DNA of 64,000 nucleotides, taken from Terrimicrobiaceae bacterium. GTDB taxonomy: Bacteria; Verrucomicrobiota; Verrucomicrobiia; Chthoniobacterales; Terrimicrobiaceae. Position numbers and translations under genes: made by a program. Shown one piece after another: positions 32,206-42,600 of this stretch; the first letter of the stretch is position 1; each line of letters begins with the position of its first letter. The stretch covers positions 9,354 through 73,353 of the forward strand of contig JBIIPZ010000012.1 of assembly GCA_044342325.1 (NCBI GenBank). The letters are read 5' to 3'. A model generated the notes under the pieces. That model was not told where the DNA came from and did no database searches. It saw only the letters and a program-made list of their open reading frames with translations.

Positions 32206-32239
32206 ACCAAAAATTTGGACGATCGTCCAAATTTTTGGT
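32206..32239. promoter_or_regulatory. Perfect 34-bp palindrome in a divergent promoter region
   Basis: accaaaaatttggacga|tcgtccaaatttttggt, no loop; regulatory role is inferred. Confidence 0.55.
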
Positions 32240-32307
32240 CCGAACTCCTGAGGAAGTGGTGTTTTTAGAAGTTGCCGGGCGGAGTCAGAGCGACTAAACG
32301 GAGAGGC

Positions 32308-32682
32308 ATGTTAGAGACCTATCTTCCAGTGCTTCTGCATGTGATTGTGGCAATCGGCTTCGCCACTGTGGCGATGATTGCTAATTTGGCGTTGGGCCGC
32401 CACGGCAAGCGCAATCCTACTAAAGACACAGTCTATGAATGCGGCATGGTGCCGGAGCAGAAGGGTCAGCCGCGTTTCAGTGTGAAGTTCTACCTCGTGG
32501 CGATGTTGTTCATTCTCTTCGATATCGAAGTTGTTTTCATGTATCCATGGGCTGTGATTTTCCAGGATTATGTGGCGCGTTTTGGCCCGACGATTCTTTG
32601 GAGCATGCTCAGCTTTGTGTTGATCCTTTTGTTCGGCTACGTCTACGCCATTAAGAAAGGCGCTCTCGACTGGTCGCGCTGA
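32308..32682 (+). CDS. nuoA: NADH-quinone oxidoreductase subunit A
   Basis: YECGM, RFSVKFYLVAMLFILFDIEVVFMYPWA, KKGALDW. Confidence 0.95.
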   Translation: MLETYLPVLLHVIVAIGFATVAMIANLALGRHGKRNPTKDTVYECGMVPEQKGQPRFSVKFYLVAMLFILFDIEVVFMYPWAVIFQDYVARFGPTILWSMLSFVLILLFGYVYAIKKGALDWSR

Positions 32683-32739
32683 TCGCAAACCAGAAAACCA
32701 AGCCCATGCGCGAAGCAGGCGCGCACCAGACCGCAGCCG

Positions 32740-34542
32740 ATGGATTTTTTTGAAAAGCAGGAAAAGGCCCGGCTTCAAACGAAGTGGCTGGTTTTTTATT
32801 TTGCTCTCGCTGTTATCGGGATCATCGCGGTTCTGCACATCGGATTCAGCCTGCTTTTGGGTCAACCGCTCGATGACTGGGAGATGCTGGGCTTCACGGC
32901 AGCGGGTGTTCTGGTGTCGGTGGTCATCGGGAGCTTGGTGAAAATTGCGGAGCTTTCGAAGGGAGGAAAAGCCGTCGCCGAAATGCTTGGGGGCGTTCCA
33001 GTGAATCCCTCGACTACGGATACCGGCGAGCGCCGCCTTTTGAATGTAGTGGAGGAGATGTCCCTCGCCTCGGGCGTGCCGGTGCCTCAGGTGTATGTGC
33101 TCGACGAGGAGGCCATCAATGCTTTTGCGGCAGGTTATGGCACGGCGGATGCAGCTGTGGGAGTCACTCGCGGATGCATCGAGCGCCTGACGCGCGACGA
33201 ACTCCAAGGCGTGATCGGCCATGAGTTCAGCCACATCCTGAATGGCGACATGCGGCTCAATATTCGCCTCATGGGCTTGTTGAATGGCATCCTCTTCCTG
33301 GCATTGCTCGGCGGGGTGCTCATGCGCCTCGCGCTCACAACCCGTCCCCGCTCGAACAACGACAAAAACGGTGGATCGATTGTGGCAGCACTCATCGCGG
33401 GTGGTCTGGTGCTCTATATCGTGGGCTGGATCGGCGTCTTCTTTGGAAAACTCATCAAGGCTGCCGTGAGCCGCCAGCGGGAGTTTCTGGCCGACGCCTC
33501 GGCAGTTCAATACACACGCAATCCGAGCGGCCTTGCCGGTGCGCTTTCGAAGATCGCCTCACACTCCTCGCGCCTGGAGCATCCGAAAGCGCAGGAGGCC
33601 AGTCACATGTTTTTTGGAAATGGAATGGCCGAGGCGTGGCTGGGACTCTTTGCGACACACCCACCGATCCAACAACGCATCGCTGAGATTGTGCCGAATT
33701 TTGACCCTCAGGAAGCATCCCCTACTCTGCCGCCGGTTGACTCGGCGAAGCCGAGTTTTTCAGGCGACGCGCAACTGGCGGCGGCGACTTCCATGCTTGC
33801 CGGGTTGCCCGAGTTTTCAAGACCGGCAATGCGGGAGATTCACAGCGCGTGCGCCTTGGTTTTTGCACTCCTGCTCTCGGAAGACGCATCGGTTAGAGAA
33901 TCCCAACTGGCCGCCCTTGAGATCGACGCCGCCTTGCGGAAGGAAATCGGAGAAATGTTTGACCGCCGCAGCCAACTCAGCTCGGCCCAGCGCATCAGCC
34001 TCGTCGACCTTGCAATTCCCGTGCTGCGCGGGCTGTCGCCTCAACAATACAGCGTCTTCAGCGGGCAGGTGCGTCACCTCATCGAAGCGGACGGGCAAAT
34101 CCACCTCTTCGAATACACGCTGCAGAAGCTCCTGCTCCGCCATCTGGACGCAGCCTTCACCAAAGCCAGGCCCGGCCGCGTGCAGCACAAGTCACTGGTT
34201 CCCTTACTGCCCGATACCGGCATCCTGCTCTCAGCGATCGCGAATGCCGATGAAGGTGAGTCCATCGCGCTGGATGCCGCTTTTCAGGCTGGAGTTGCCA
34301 GACTCGGCAAATCAGCATCAGCCTTTCCCCTCGCCCGTCAGTCGAGTGTGAATCTGAAGGATTTCGACCGCGCCCTTGAGGACCTCGCCACGGCTTCGCT
34401 TTCCGTTAAAAAAACCATCCTTACCGCCTGCTCGGCCGCAGTGGTCCACGACGGCATCGTCAACGACACGCAATTCGAGCTGCTCCGCGCTATCGCCGAT
34501 ACGGTGGACTGCCCCATCCCGCCCTTCGTTCCAACCACATGA
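32740..34542 (+). CDS. M48 family zinc metallopeptidase (HtpX-like, extended C-terminus)
   Basis: INAFAAG, LQGVIGHEFSH, SRQREFLADA, THPP. Confidence 0.92.
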   Translation: MDFFEKQEKARLQTKWLVFYFALAVIGIIAVLHIGFSLLLGQPLDDWEMLGFTAAGVLVSVVIGSLVKIAELSKGGKAVAEMLGGVPVNPSTTDTGERRLLNVVEEMSLASGVPVPQVYVLDEEAINAFAAGYGTADAAVGVTRGCIERLTRDELQGVIGHEFSHILNGDMRLNIRLMGLLNGILFLALLGGVLMRLALTTRPRSNNDKNGGSIVAALIAGGLVLYIVGWIGVFFGKLIKAAVSRQREFLADASAVQYTRNPSGLAGALSKIASHSSRLEHPKAQEASHMFFGNGMAEAWLGLFATHPPIQQRIAEIVPNFDPQEASPTLPPVDSAKPSFSGDAQLAAATSMLAGLPEFSRPAMREIHSACALVFALLLSEDASVRESQLAALEIDAALRKEIGEMFDRRSQLSSAQRISLVDLAIPVLRGLSPQQYSVFSGQVRHLIEADGQIHLFEYTLQKLLLRHLDAAFTKARPGRVQHKSLVPLLPDTGILLSAIANADEGESIALDAAFQAGVARLGKSASAFPLARQSSVNLKDFDRALEDLATASLSVKKTILTACSAAVVHDGIVNDTQFELLRAIADTVDCPIPPFVPTT

Positions 34543-35432
34543 GCACTGCGGGAAATTGGATCTCGCCGCAGCTCATAGTGGACTTGCTCGCGGAGGGCAC
34601 CAATGCCTTTCGTATCGCATCAGGCCACGGTTTTTGGATCGAGCGCTTTGGCGACACGGCGCTGATCTCGTTACGGCCAGGTTCTGATGCCACGACGCTC
34701 GCAGCCTCGATTGCCCAGACAAGCTGGAATCCCAAGCGTGTCTTCGTGCGGCAACTCGTCAGAAATCCCGGTGAGAAGGACACGCCGGTTCTGTTCAGTG
34801 GCGATGCTGAATCGTCGCCGCTTGAAACGGTGAGTGAGAGCGGACTTCTCTACGAGCTGGATTTCAGTGCCAGCTACTCGCCAGGGCTTTTTCTAGACCA
34901 GCGCTTGAACCGCCTTTTTTTGAAGGAACGAAAGCTCCGGCGTGTGCTGAATACCTTTGCTTACACCTGTGCCTTCTCTGTTGCGGCAGCCAGCGTTGGG
35001 GCAGAGACAGTCAGCGTGGATGTTTCCAAATCTTCTCTGCAAAGGGGCCGGCGGAATTTCGAGCTGAACCGAATTCCGGTAGAAGGCCACCGCTTCATTC
35101 CCGAGGATGTTCCCACCTTCCTCCGCCGCTTGATCAAACGCGGAGAGACATTTGATGCGATCCTTCTCGACCCGCCCACATTCGGACGCAGCGGCGCGGG
35201 CAAGACCTTCCGCTTCGAGCGCGACTTCCCCAGCCTGCTGGAGTCGGCGCACCAGCTCAGCACGCCGACTGGAGCGATTCTGCTTTCGACGAATTTCACC
35301 GCATGGGACGAGGCCGCGCTGATCGAATGCGCCAGAGGCATTCTCCCCTCGAAAACGAAATTCGATAAAATCCCGGCGCCTCCGGATTTTTTTGGCAATG
35401 CCCCGTCGGCAACCGTGTGGGCTTTGCTGTGA
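34539..35432 (+). CDS. Class I SAM-dependent methyltransferase (RlmI/RlmK-like)
   Basis: GLFLDQR, VLNTFAYTCAFS, ILLDPPTF. Confidence 0.88.
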   Translation: MSTAGNWISPQLIVDLLAEGTNAFRIASGHGFWIERFGDTALISLRPGSDATTLAASIAQTSWNPKRVFVRQLVRNPGEKDTPVLFSGDAESSPLETVSESGLLYELDFSASYSPGLFLDQRLNRLFLKERKLRRVLNTFAYTCAFSVAAASVGAETVSVDVSKSSLQRGRRNFELNRIPVEGHRFIPEDVPTFLRRLIKRGETFDAILLDPPTFGRSGAGKTFRFERDFPSLLESAHQLSTPTGAILLSTNFTAWDEAALIECARGILPSKTKFDKIPAPPDFFGNAPSATVWALL

Positions 35433-35495
35433 GGCTACGATGGATCTCCCTTTTTTTCTTTCTGCACGGATCAAACAAAGTGATAGATTCCGTAG

Positions 35496-36059
35496 ATGAA
35501 GCCAGCCGGTGATCAGGCACTCCTTGAGATGAGGGCGGAAATTTTCCGCCTTGTGCGCCTTTGCGCCCCGGATCTCGCGACTCTTGGATCCATTACTTTT
35601 GACGGGCAGGCAGCGAATGAACGCCAGCGCAGGCAGTGGAGGGATGCCGTTTTCGTTCCTGTGCTGGTTCCTGCTGTGGGAGCCGCCTGGTTGGCTGGAA
35701 AACAAGGATTCCGCGAAATGGCTTCAGCGGATGCCGCCCTCGATGCCAAGCTCGCAGGGCCAATCGCCAAGAGCAGCCGCGCCGCAGGTCGCCTCATCGC
35801 CGCTTCCATGCATGCGCCCGCCGGTGAGCAAGGGCTGGAGAAATTTCTACGCGCCATTGACCGGGGCGAGTCTCCCGGACACATGGCGACAGTTTTTGCA
35901 GCCCGCGCGTCCATTTTCCACTTTCCGAAAGACATCATCCTCGCCGGCCTTGTCTTTGCCGAGATGCGCACCGCCCGCGTCGAGGAACTTTGGAGCGTCA
36001 TTGACGACTGCCTGGACGCTGTTCCCGCCTGCGAGCCATCCATCTTCCGAGCCGCCTGA
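35496..36059 (+). CDS. Hypothetical protein, possibly UreF-like helical fold
   Basis: S...GR.. and GESPGH.ATVF pattern resemble UreF; co-oriented with clpS. Confidence 0.5.
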   Translation: MKPAGDQALLEMRAEIFRLVRLCAPDLATLGSITFDGQAANERQRRQWRDAVFVPVLVPAVGAAWLAGKQGFREMASADAALDAKLAGPIAKSSRAAGRLIAASMHAPAGEQGLEKFLRAIDRGESPGHMATVFAARASIFHFPKDIILAGLVFAEMRTARVEELWSVIDDCLDAVPACEPSIFRAA

Positions 36060-36065
36060 AAACCC

Positions 36066-36356
36066 ATGGCCACACTGGAAACACCCGAAATCGAAACCAA
36101 AGACCAATCGGACCTCGACTCCGTCTGGTCGGTGATCGTCCACAACGACCCGGTGAATCTCATGAGCTATGTCACGCTCATTTTCCGCCGCGTCCTCGGC
36201 TTTTCAAAACAAAAAGCCGAGCGCCACATGCTCGAAGTTCACAACAAAGGCCGCTCCATGGTGTGGTCCGGCTCCCGCGAACAAGCCGAGCTCTATGTCC
36301 AACAACTCCACGCCCACCTCCTCCTCGCCACCCTCGAAAAAGCGCCTGCGCCGTAA
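36066..36356 (+). CDS. clpS: ATP-dependent Clp protease adaptor ClpS
   Basis: VIVHNDPVNLMSYV, MLEVHNKGRS, REQAE. Confidence 0.93.
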   Translation: MATLETPEIETKDQSDLDSVWSVIVHNDPVNLMSYVTLIFRRVLGFSKQKAERHMLEVHNKGRSMVWSGSREQAELYVQQLHAHLLLATLEKAPAP

Positions 36357-36384
36357 AATCGAGCTGTTATAGGTTTAAAGAAAT

Positions 36385-36747
36385 TTAACCACGGAGGACA
36401 CAGAGAGCACGGAGGAGGAAAAAATTAGGCAGGATTGACTAAACCAACCTTGGTCCTGTTAATCTCGAAAACGGATTTTAAAACAAAATGACCGAATTGC
36501 AGCGGAGCAAAAAAGACTACCACGGGTAGCCCAAAGGACTAGGCGATTCAATTTAAAAGATTCACAGTAAATCCTTGGTCGTGTTGTAGATTTCACAAAA
36601 CATTTAATACTTTTGAAAGTGCAAATAACTCACATTCTCCGTGCTCTTTGACTCGCTCGCTCCCGCTCGACTCGCCCTTCGGGCCATCCTGCGGTTGCTC
36701 TTCCTCAAAGGCTCCCCAGCCTTTTCGGTTGTGTCCTCTGTGGTTAA
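36385..36747. repeat. AACCAC-type inverted doublet repeat whose right half is split by an ~83-nt insertion
   Basis: ttaaccacggaggacacagagagcacggag (36385-36414) versus ctccgtgctc (36637-36646) plus tgtgtcctctgtggttaa (36730-36747). Confidence 0.75.
36647..36729 (-). mobile_element. ~83-nt structured MITE-like element, copy 1
   Basis: 36647-36685 matches the reverse complement of 37455-37493 at 36/39 positions; contains three small hairpins. Confidence 0.6.
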
Positions 36748-36783
36748 TTCTGAAATTCTGTAAATTCTGTCCAAAATCCAAAA

Positions 36784-37269
36784 ATGATCAAAATTCAAAT
36801 ACTCCCGAACGGCTCGGTTTTTTTCGATCAGGTGGAAGAGTCTTTTTACCAGATACTATGCTCGATTCGGGAGCCAGTGGAGTCCGGCGATCCCTTGGTC
36901 GAGTCGCGCCTGTTTCCCCAGCCCTCGGAAGATGTCGAGGAGGGCGATTTACTGGATGATTGGAAATCCCTCGTCGAGCCAGACCTGCACGACACCTTCC
37001 TCGCCGCGCGCGAATCCGTCGCTGCCGACCTCCGCAGCGCGGAGCGCAACCCCGATGGATCACTGCACTTCACTATTCCGCGCAACCATATCGACCTCTG
37101 GCTCAGCGCCCTGAATCAATCCCGCCTCGCCTTGGCCGAAATCCACCAATTCACCGACGCCGACCTCAGCCGCGCCCCCCACGACCTCGACGATCCACGC
37201 GAATTTGCCCTCATGCGAATGGGCATCTACGGCAGCCTGCAAGAATGGCTAGTTGCCGTAGTGGGGTGA
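36784..37269 (+). CDS. DUF2017 family protein
   Basis: RLFP, P.L, WLSALNQSRLAL, Y..LQEWLV; clpS-DUF2017 synteny. Confidence 0.75.
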   Translation: MIKIQILPNGSVFFDQVEESFYQILCSIREPVESGDPLVESRLFPQPSEDVEEGDLLDDWKSLVEPDLHDTFLAARESVAADLRSAERNPDGSLHFTIPRNHIDLWLSALNQSRLALAEIHQFTDADLSRAPHDLDDPREFALMRMGIYGSLQEWLVAVVG

Positions 37270-37411
37270 ATCCCTGAGCTTCAGACAACCAATGAACTCT
37301 GCCCATTGGCTTCCTCATCGCGTGGAAACCGGATGCTCCCCGTTTTGCCCAAAAAGCCACAGCCATTCAAAGATAGGCAATGGTCCAGACCAATGAAATT
37401 TCTTTAACCAC

Positions 37412-37493
37412 AATCGAGCGCCGTGGGAGGCGCGAGATGGAGCGACCAAAGGTCGGCCCGAAGGGCGAGACGAGAGGGATCGAGCGAGTCAAA
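37412..37493 (+). mobile_element. ~83-nt structured MITE-like element, copy 2
   Basis: Related to copy 1; follows an aaccac start whose inverted partner is attcggaaaattcgtggtt (37561-37579). Left boundary approximate. Confidence 0.55.
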
Positions 37494-37622
37494 TAGGCCG
37501 AATTTTCGCGAATGGGAGCGGCTTCGCCGGACAATATCATTGTTGGTATTGTTCGTGTTCATTCGGAAAATTCGTGGTTCAAATGTTCAGCGCTTGGACA
37601 CCCGAGCAGGACGGGAGTCCAT

Positions 37623-38000
37623 CTACTTTCCGGACTTCTTCAAAAATACAACCCGGTTCGTCCAGTCATCCGCTGCTGTTTTTGAAATGAGAGAGGCGAG
37701 CGCTTTTGCGATGGATCCATGGTCATTTTGGATGAATGACTTGCTCGACAGAAAAACAACGCCTGCATGCGACTTATCGGCATGCGCGCGCCCCCTCAAC
37801 TCCTCGGGAATGGTATTGACATCGCATGTCACCAAAACCCGCCCCTCGAGTCGCGCCCGCTCCAAGATCAAGGCATCCGCTTGATTGACCAGCGCCCCGC
37901 CGTCAAAGGAATGAACGCTCTCCAAATCATGCCCGGTCACCAGGTTGGATACCATTTCCACCAAACCCGGCCAGAGGTGCTCGTCTAAAAGAATCTTCAT
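37623..38000 (-). CDS. DUF5615 family PIN-like toxin
   Basis: MKILLDEHL, D..IL..A..EGRVLVTCD, HAGVV. Confidence 0.85.
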   Translation of the reverse strand: MKILLDEHLWPGLVEMVSNLVTGHDLESVHSFDGGALVNQADALILERARLEGRVLVTCDVNTIPEELRGRAHADKSHAGVVFLSSKSFIQNDHGSIAKALASLISKTAADDWTNRVVFLKKSGK

Positions 38001-38422
38001 TCAGACTCGACTTCAAAAATCTCCAAGCCGGGAAGAATTTTTTGAATCCGCCCCTCTTCACACGAGTCCAGATCCGCAAGTTCCCGCTCGAGTTCCTCTT
38101 GATAGTGCTTGGCATAAGCCAGCGCGCTTTCCGCCTTCCAAAGTGGCCAGTGGAAACTCACCGCAATATCTGCAGGCGATTCCTCGGGCCTATCACGCAA
38201 GATTCGATAAACCATTGCCAAGGGGACCCGACTCCCATGCACATAAGCCAAGCGTCCCACAGGAGTGTCCCGGAAATCCAAGGCGGAAAATTCCTCACGC
38301 CGCTTAGACTCCTCCAGAATTCGCGTCGCCGCCATCCCCGCGCTCCCACGCCTTTTGGCAAAACGCTCCAACCATCTATGCGTTTCAATCGGCAGACGAA
38401 TACTCAATGTTGCAGAACTCAT
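37997..38422 (-). CDS. DUF433-domain antitoxin
   Basis: GR.AYVHGSRVP, ALAYAKHYQEE; ATGA overlap with the PIN gene. Confidence 0.82.
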   Translation of the reverse strand: MSSATLSIRLPIETHRWLERFAKRRGSAGMAATRILEESKRREEFSALDFRDTPVGRLAYVHGSRVPLAMVYRILRDRPEESPADIAVSFHWPLWKAESALAYAKHYQEELERELADLDSCEEGRIQKILPGLEIFEVESE

Positions 38423-38487
38423 GTGTGAAATGTAATAATTGTGCGCTCCGTGTCAAAAATTATTTTCTCTGCAATGGCGTTTTCACA

Positions 38488-38549
38488 TGTAGCGGCGCCT
38501 CTATGAGCGCCGAATCGTTGCACATCGGCGGTCGCAGACCGCCGCTACA
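38488..38549. repeat. GTAG-type REP doublet (REPIN)
   Basis: tgtagcggcgcctctatgagcgccg, spacer, cggcggtcgcagaccgccgctaca. Confidence 0.9.
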
Positions 38550-38623
38550 ACATAAAGAGCATCTAGCGTTTGCCTTGAGAGATCAGACCTACAATTGTAT
38601 TGTTTGGAGATCAAATCCTACGT

Positions 38624-39226
38624 TCAGTATTTTTGGATATACAATTGGTAGAGCGGGAGATTGGGGAGAATTCGAAGTTTTTGCGAGTAGATCGTCGTAA
38701 ATGCATCGATGGCCACTTTGGGAAGCAGGAGCGGGTTTTCCGTGCCTGGGCGCATCGGAGACCAGATGTAGTCGTCAAATGCAATGACTCCGCCTGGTTT
38801 GAGAAGTTGGAAAGCGAGAACGGCATCACCGAGAACATCCGCCGCTTGGTGGCTGGCGTCCACGCTGATGAAATCGAACTGAGGCGTTTTTTCAGCAACT
38901 AGGCGACAGAGTTGATCCAACGAAAAGCCTACGCGCACATCGACTTTGGCCGGCGAGCCTACGGTAGCGATATTTTCCTCAAACTGCTTCTGCAGACCGC
39001 CAAGTTCAATGTTCTTATGCTCGATCCCGCCTTGAAAGGTATCCAGCGCCACAATAGTGGATTCTTGAGTCTTGCAAAAATTTTCTAGCAGCCAACAGGT
39101 TGAGCGACCTTCAAAAACGCCGACCTCGAGAATCCGAAGGTGAGGCGTTTTCTGAGTCATTCTGGAAAGGATGAATTGCCAGCCAGGAATACTGCGGCTG
39201 AACCAGTCTTGTGTGAATGAAGGCAT
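38624..39226 (-). CDS. Class I SAM-dependent methyltransferase (Methyltransf_24-like)
   Basis: FTQDWF, LEVGVFEGRS, FDFISVDASH, LKPGGVIAFDDY. Confidence 0.88.
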   Translation of the reverse strand: MPSFTQDWFSRSIPGWQFILSRMTQKTPHLRILEVGVFEGRSTCWLLENFCKTQESTIVALDTFQGGIEHKNIELGGLQKQFEENIATVGSPAKVDVRVGFSLDQLCRLVAEKTPQFDFISVDASHQAADVLGDAVLAFQLLKPGGVIAFDDYIWSPMRPGTENPLLLPKVAIDAFTTIYSQKLRILPNLPLYQLYIQKY

Positions 39227-39646
39227 TTTTTTAGAGAATGGAGAATTCAGAGAGGAGAACTAATTTTGAACTATTTACACTAATGTCTTTAAGATTTTGG
39301 ATTTTAGGCGGCCGTTGTCTTTCTCGGGTTCAGGGTTCCTATGAGCGTCACAGACGAGCTGGTATCGGGGAGGGCATCCGCCCTCGGGTGCGGCCTGTGC
39401 CCGAGCAGAAGTGTTTCCACCGGACTGAGGCCGCATATTTTCCAAGCTGCCTAGCGAGGCGCTTGACGGAGCGCGTGGTCCCGAGACTTTTTGACTCTGG
39501 CACACCCTCTTCAACAAGAGTGAAAAAGGATTCTGCTTTTGGTATGAAACTTATTTCATAATCCACACCAGCTTATCCTGTAACTCCAATCATGCTGTAT
39601 AAATCTATGGATTAATCTGAAACAACCAAACAATCAGAAAATTGCT

Positions 39647-42600
39647 TTAAAAATCGATCTTGGTCATCAAATCTGAAAGCGATGCGGTAGACGCAGTTTG
39701 AATTGTATCCTCAAAAATCGCATTTGTCTTAAGTCGATCGTTGAAGTTTGAACCATCACTGAAGAGTGCTCCATCCATTTTCCAGAAACTGCCCCAACCG
39801 AGCATAACATCCGACTTTTCACCTGTAAGGACAAGCGTGCCGGGTTCAGCAGGGGTGGAGGGTTCGGTGACAAAATCGAGTGCAGCGGTGTTCAATGTAA
39901 TTCCGCCTGCTAATTTGATTTGAGCCACGAGATCCGGAGCGCCCGTTTTTGATCCATAAGTGCCGGCTTTGTAAATACCGAAGTTTGTGGCATCTGGAAG
40001 CGATGCCCCTGTCAGCGGGCGCACATTATCTATTTTGTAACCAGTTGGTGCAACGCCAATCCAGTATTGATCTGCGGCATTCGCGAGAGACAAAAAGTCT
40101 TGGTTTGGGGTGAAATCCGCGATCACAACAAAGTCTGCATCGGTGTATTCGGATGTGGTGATATCCCATTCGGAATTTCCAACATTGTCTCCATCTTTAT
40201 AATCCGTGATAGCGGGTGCCCATTTGTTATTGGAGGCCCCAGTATAGCCTGAAATGACAAACAAGTCGCTACCCAAGCCACCAGTAAGGGTATCAAATCC
40301 TCCAACATTTTCTTTCCCTCCTACTCCACCGCCATCAATAATATTGTCGAATTCATTGCCAATGATAAGGTTTGATCCAATTTCAGAAAACCAATCAGCA
40401 TGGTCGTTTCCAGTGGAATTACTATTTCCCGTGGCATTGCGTGCTGTTGGCGCCCCCATCTGGAGCACCAGATTGGAAATATCTTCGGTAATGGTGTAAC
40501 CGTGCATTTCCAAAACGGCATCCTCTAGATGGCCGCCCCACCAGAGGTAATCCGAGTCGGTAAAGGTGATGGTGTCGTTGCCGCCATTACCGATGACCAC
40601 ATCGCCAAAATTAATGTTTTTAGCGAATTTCCCACCAGATCCCTGGCTGACTATGAACATATCACCGCCACCACCACCACTGACTGTGTCAAGATCATCT
40701 CCCGGTCCAGAACCCACAAGGGAATCGGCTCCTGCTCCGCCATCCAAGGTTATACCTGCAACCTCGGCTATCAAGGTATCCCGATTACGGTTGGGATCAT
40801 ACACATCGCCGTATTCGTAGAAGCCGGGGACAAACCAAAACTGGCTGGGATCTGCAGCCCCAGGGCCATTCAGACCGGCCGGTATCGGATCTGTATCCCG
40901 GAAGATGCTATTTTTAAACCCATTGCCGCCATCTGCGACGGAGGCGAAATCCCGAATCGCCAACCCGACTTGATCCAACCGATAGGCGGTTCCGCCAATG
41001 AGGACATCCCCTTTGCTGGCACCTACTATGCTATCGCGGCCGGTGTTTCCGACCAAAGTGTTATTGTTTTGTCCAGAGAGAGGCTTGGCATCGTAAATAT
41101 AATTGTCGAGCCTGTTGCCCATCCCGAATTGGCCAGAAAAGGCCAGGGCGAGTTGGTCGATGAATTTGCCTTGGTGAACCAGAGTGTCACTGAGCGTGAG
41201 GTATTCTACACCGGAGACGATGAGATTATGCTGGCCTCCGTTTAGGGAGGAGCCGACATTGCCGGTCTGGGTTACTACTGGCGTCTCGTTGCCGTATTTG
41301 ACGACCCAGTCGAACTCGTCACCGATCGCATTACCTCCATTCATGACGACAAAGGTATCGCTACCCTGACCGCCGACGAGAGTATTCAGACCCTTGAATG
41401 TCACGCCTTGGAAGACATAATCCTCTCCGCTGAGGTCCTTCACGAACTCACCCATAAGCAAGTCGTTTCCAAAGCCGCCATCAAGGTAGGAGGCAAAACG
41501 ACTCGGCATGCCGAATTGGGGATCGTAAGGCGCGGAATTAAAGATTAAGCCTAGGGGCATCGGGTAGTTGGGATTGTTTTGGAGCAGAGGATCGGTTAAA
41601 TAATCCCCCCACTCCTTCATAATATCAAACCCTTGGGCACCGGGTAACCCGCGAGTGAGCCGTGTCCCGAACACAGCATCGTTCCCGGCTCCGCCTTGGA
41701 GCGTGACATGCTGGGCAGCAGAGCGGTCTTGGAGGGCCGGGATCGTGCGCTCGATGGCAGTGACTTTGAAGTCGTAAGTGCCTTCATCCAGATTAGTAAC
41801 AGTGAGAATCGGGTTGGTCCGCGAACCTTGGAAGTCTTGGGATTTTCCATTGACATAGGTGTGCCAGATGTCGTCATTGCCATCGGCATCAACGAACGGA
41901 GTGGCGCCATCTGTCGTGAGGCGCTTGTATTTCACGACATAGCCGACCACATCTGTTTCGGCATTGACGCCGGAAGTCCACGACAACTCGTATTGGAATT
42001 TGCCTAGGTTGGCGAGATCTGCTTCTTGCGGGCCTTTGATCAAATCTCCATCGATAAACACCTCGCCCTCGCGCGGGGCATACATCAACTCGAGCGTGTT
42101 GGCATCTGTGACGGAGAGCGAAATATTACCCATTTTGAGGGCTTCAGAACGGTTGTTGCCGTTTTTGGTGCCAAGGAACGATACAAAGCTGGCGACCTCG
42201 GTCTGACCGGAGTCTGCCTGGTTGGCGACGACAAGCATGAGCTTGCTGATGCCATCTGGCGCTTGGTTGATATTAACACTGCTAATGAGCTCATTGGCAC
42301 CACCGCCAGCAACGATGTAGTCATCCACATTGTCTTGAATGAAAGTATCATTTCCATCCCCGCCGATCATGGTGTCGAAGCCGCGGCCACCATCGAGGTA
42401 GTTATTACCCGAGCCGCCATCAAGGTAGTCACTACCACCCGAGCCAATAACGCCGTTTAAGAAGGCTTGGGTGCGAGTATCTTGAGGTGCGGATGCGTAG
42501 AGGTCAGGCGAAGCATAAAAGTCTGGCGTGTCTCCGTAGAGAGTATCATCTCCACCCGAGCCTAAAAGGGTATCCTCGCCACCCATGCCCAGTAGGAGCG

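Noticed and set aside
39348..39566. Possible RelE/ParE toxin remnant (MDYEISFIPKAE)
   Set aside because: Similarity is limited to the first few residues and is too weak to call.
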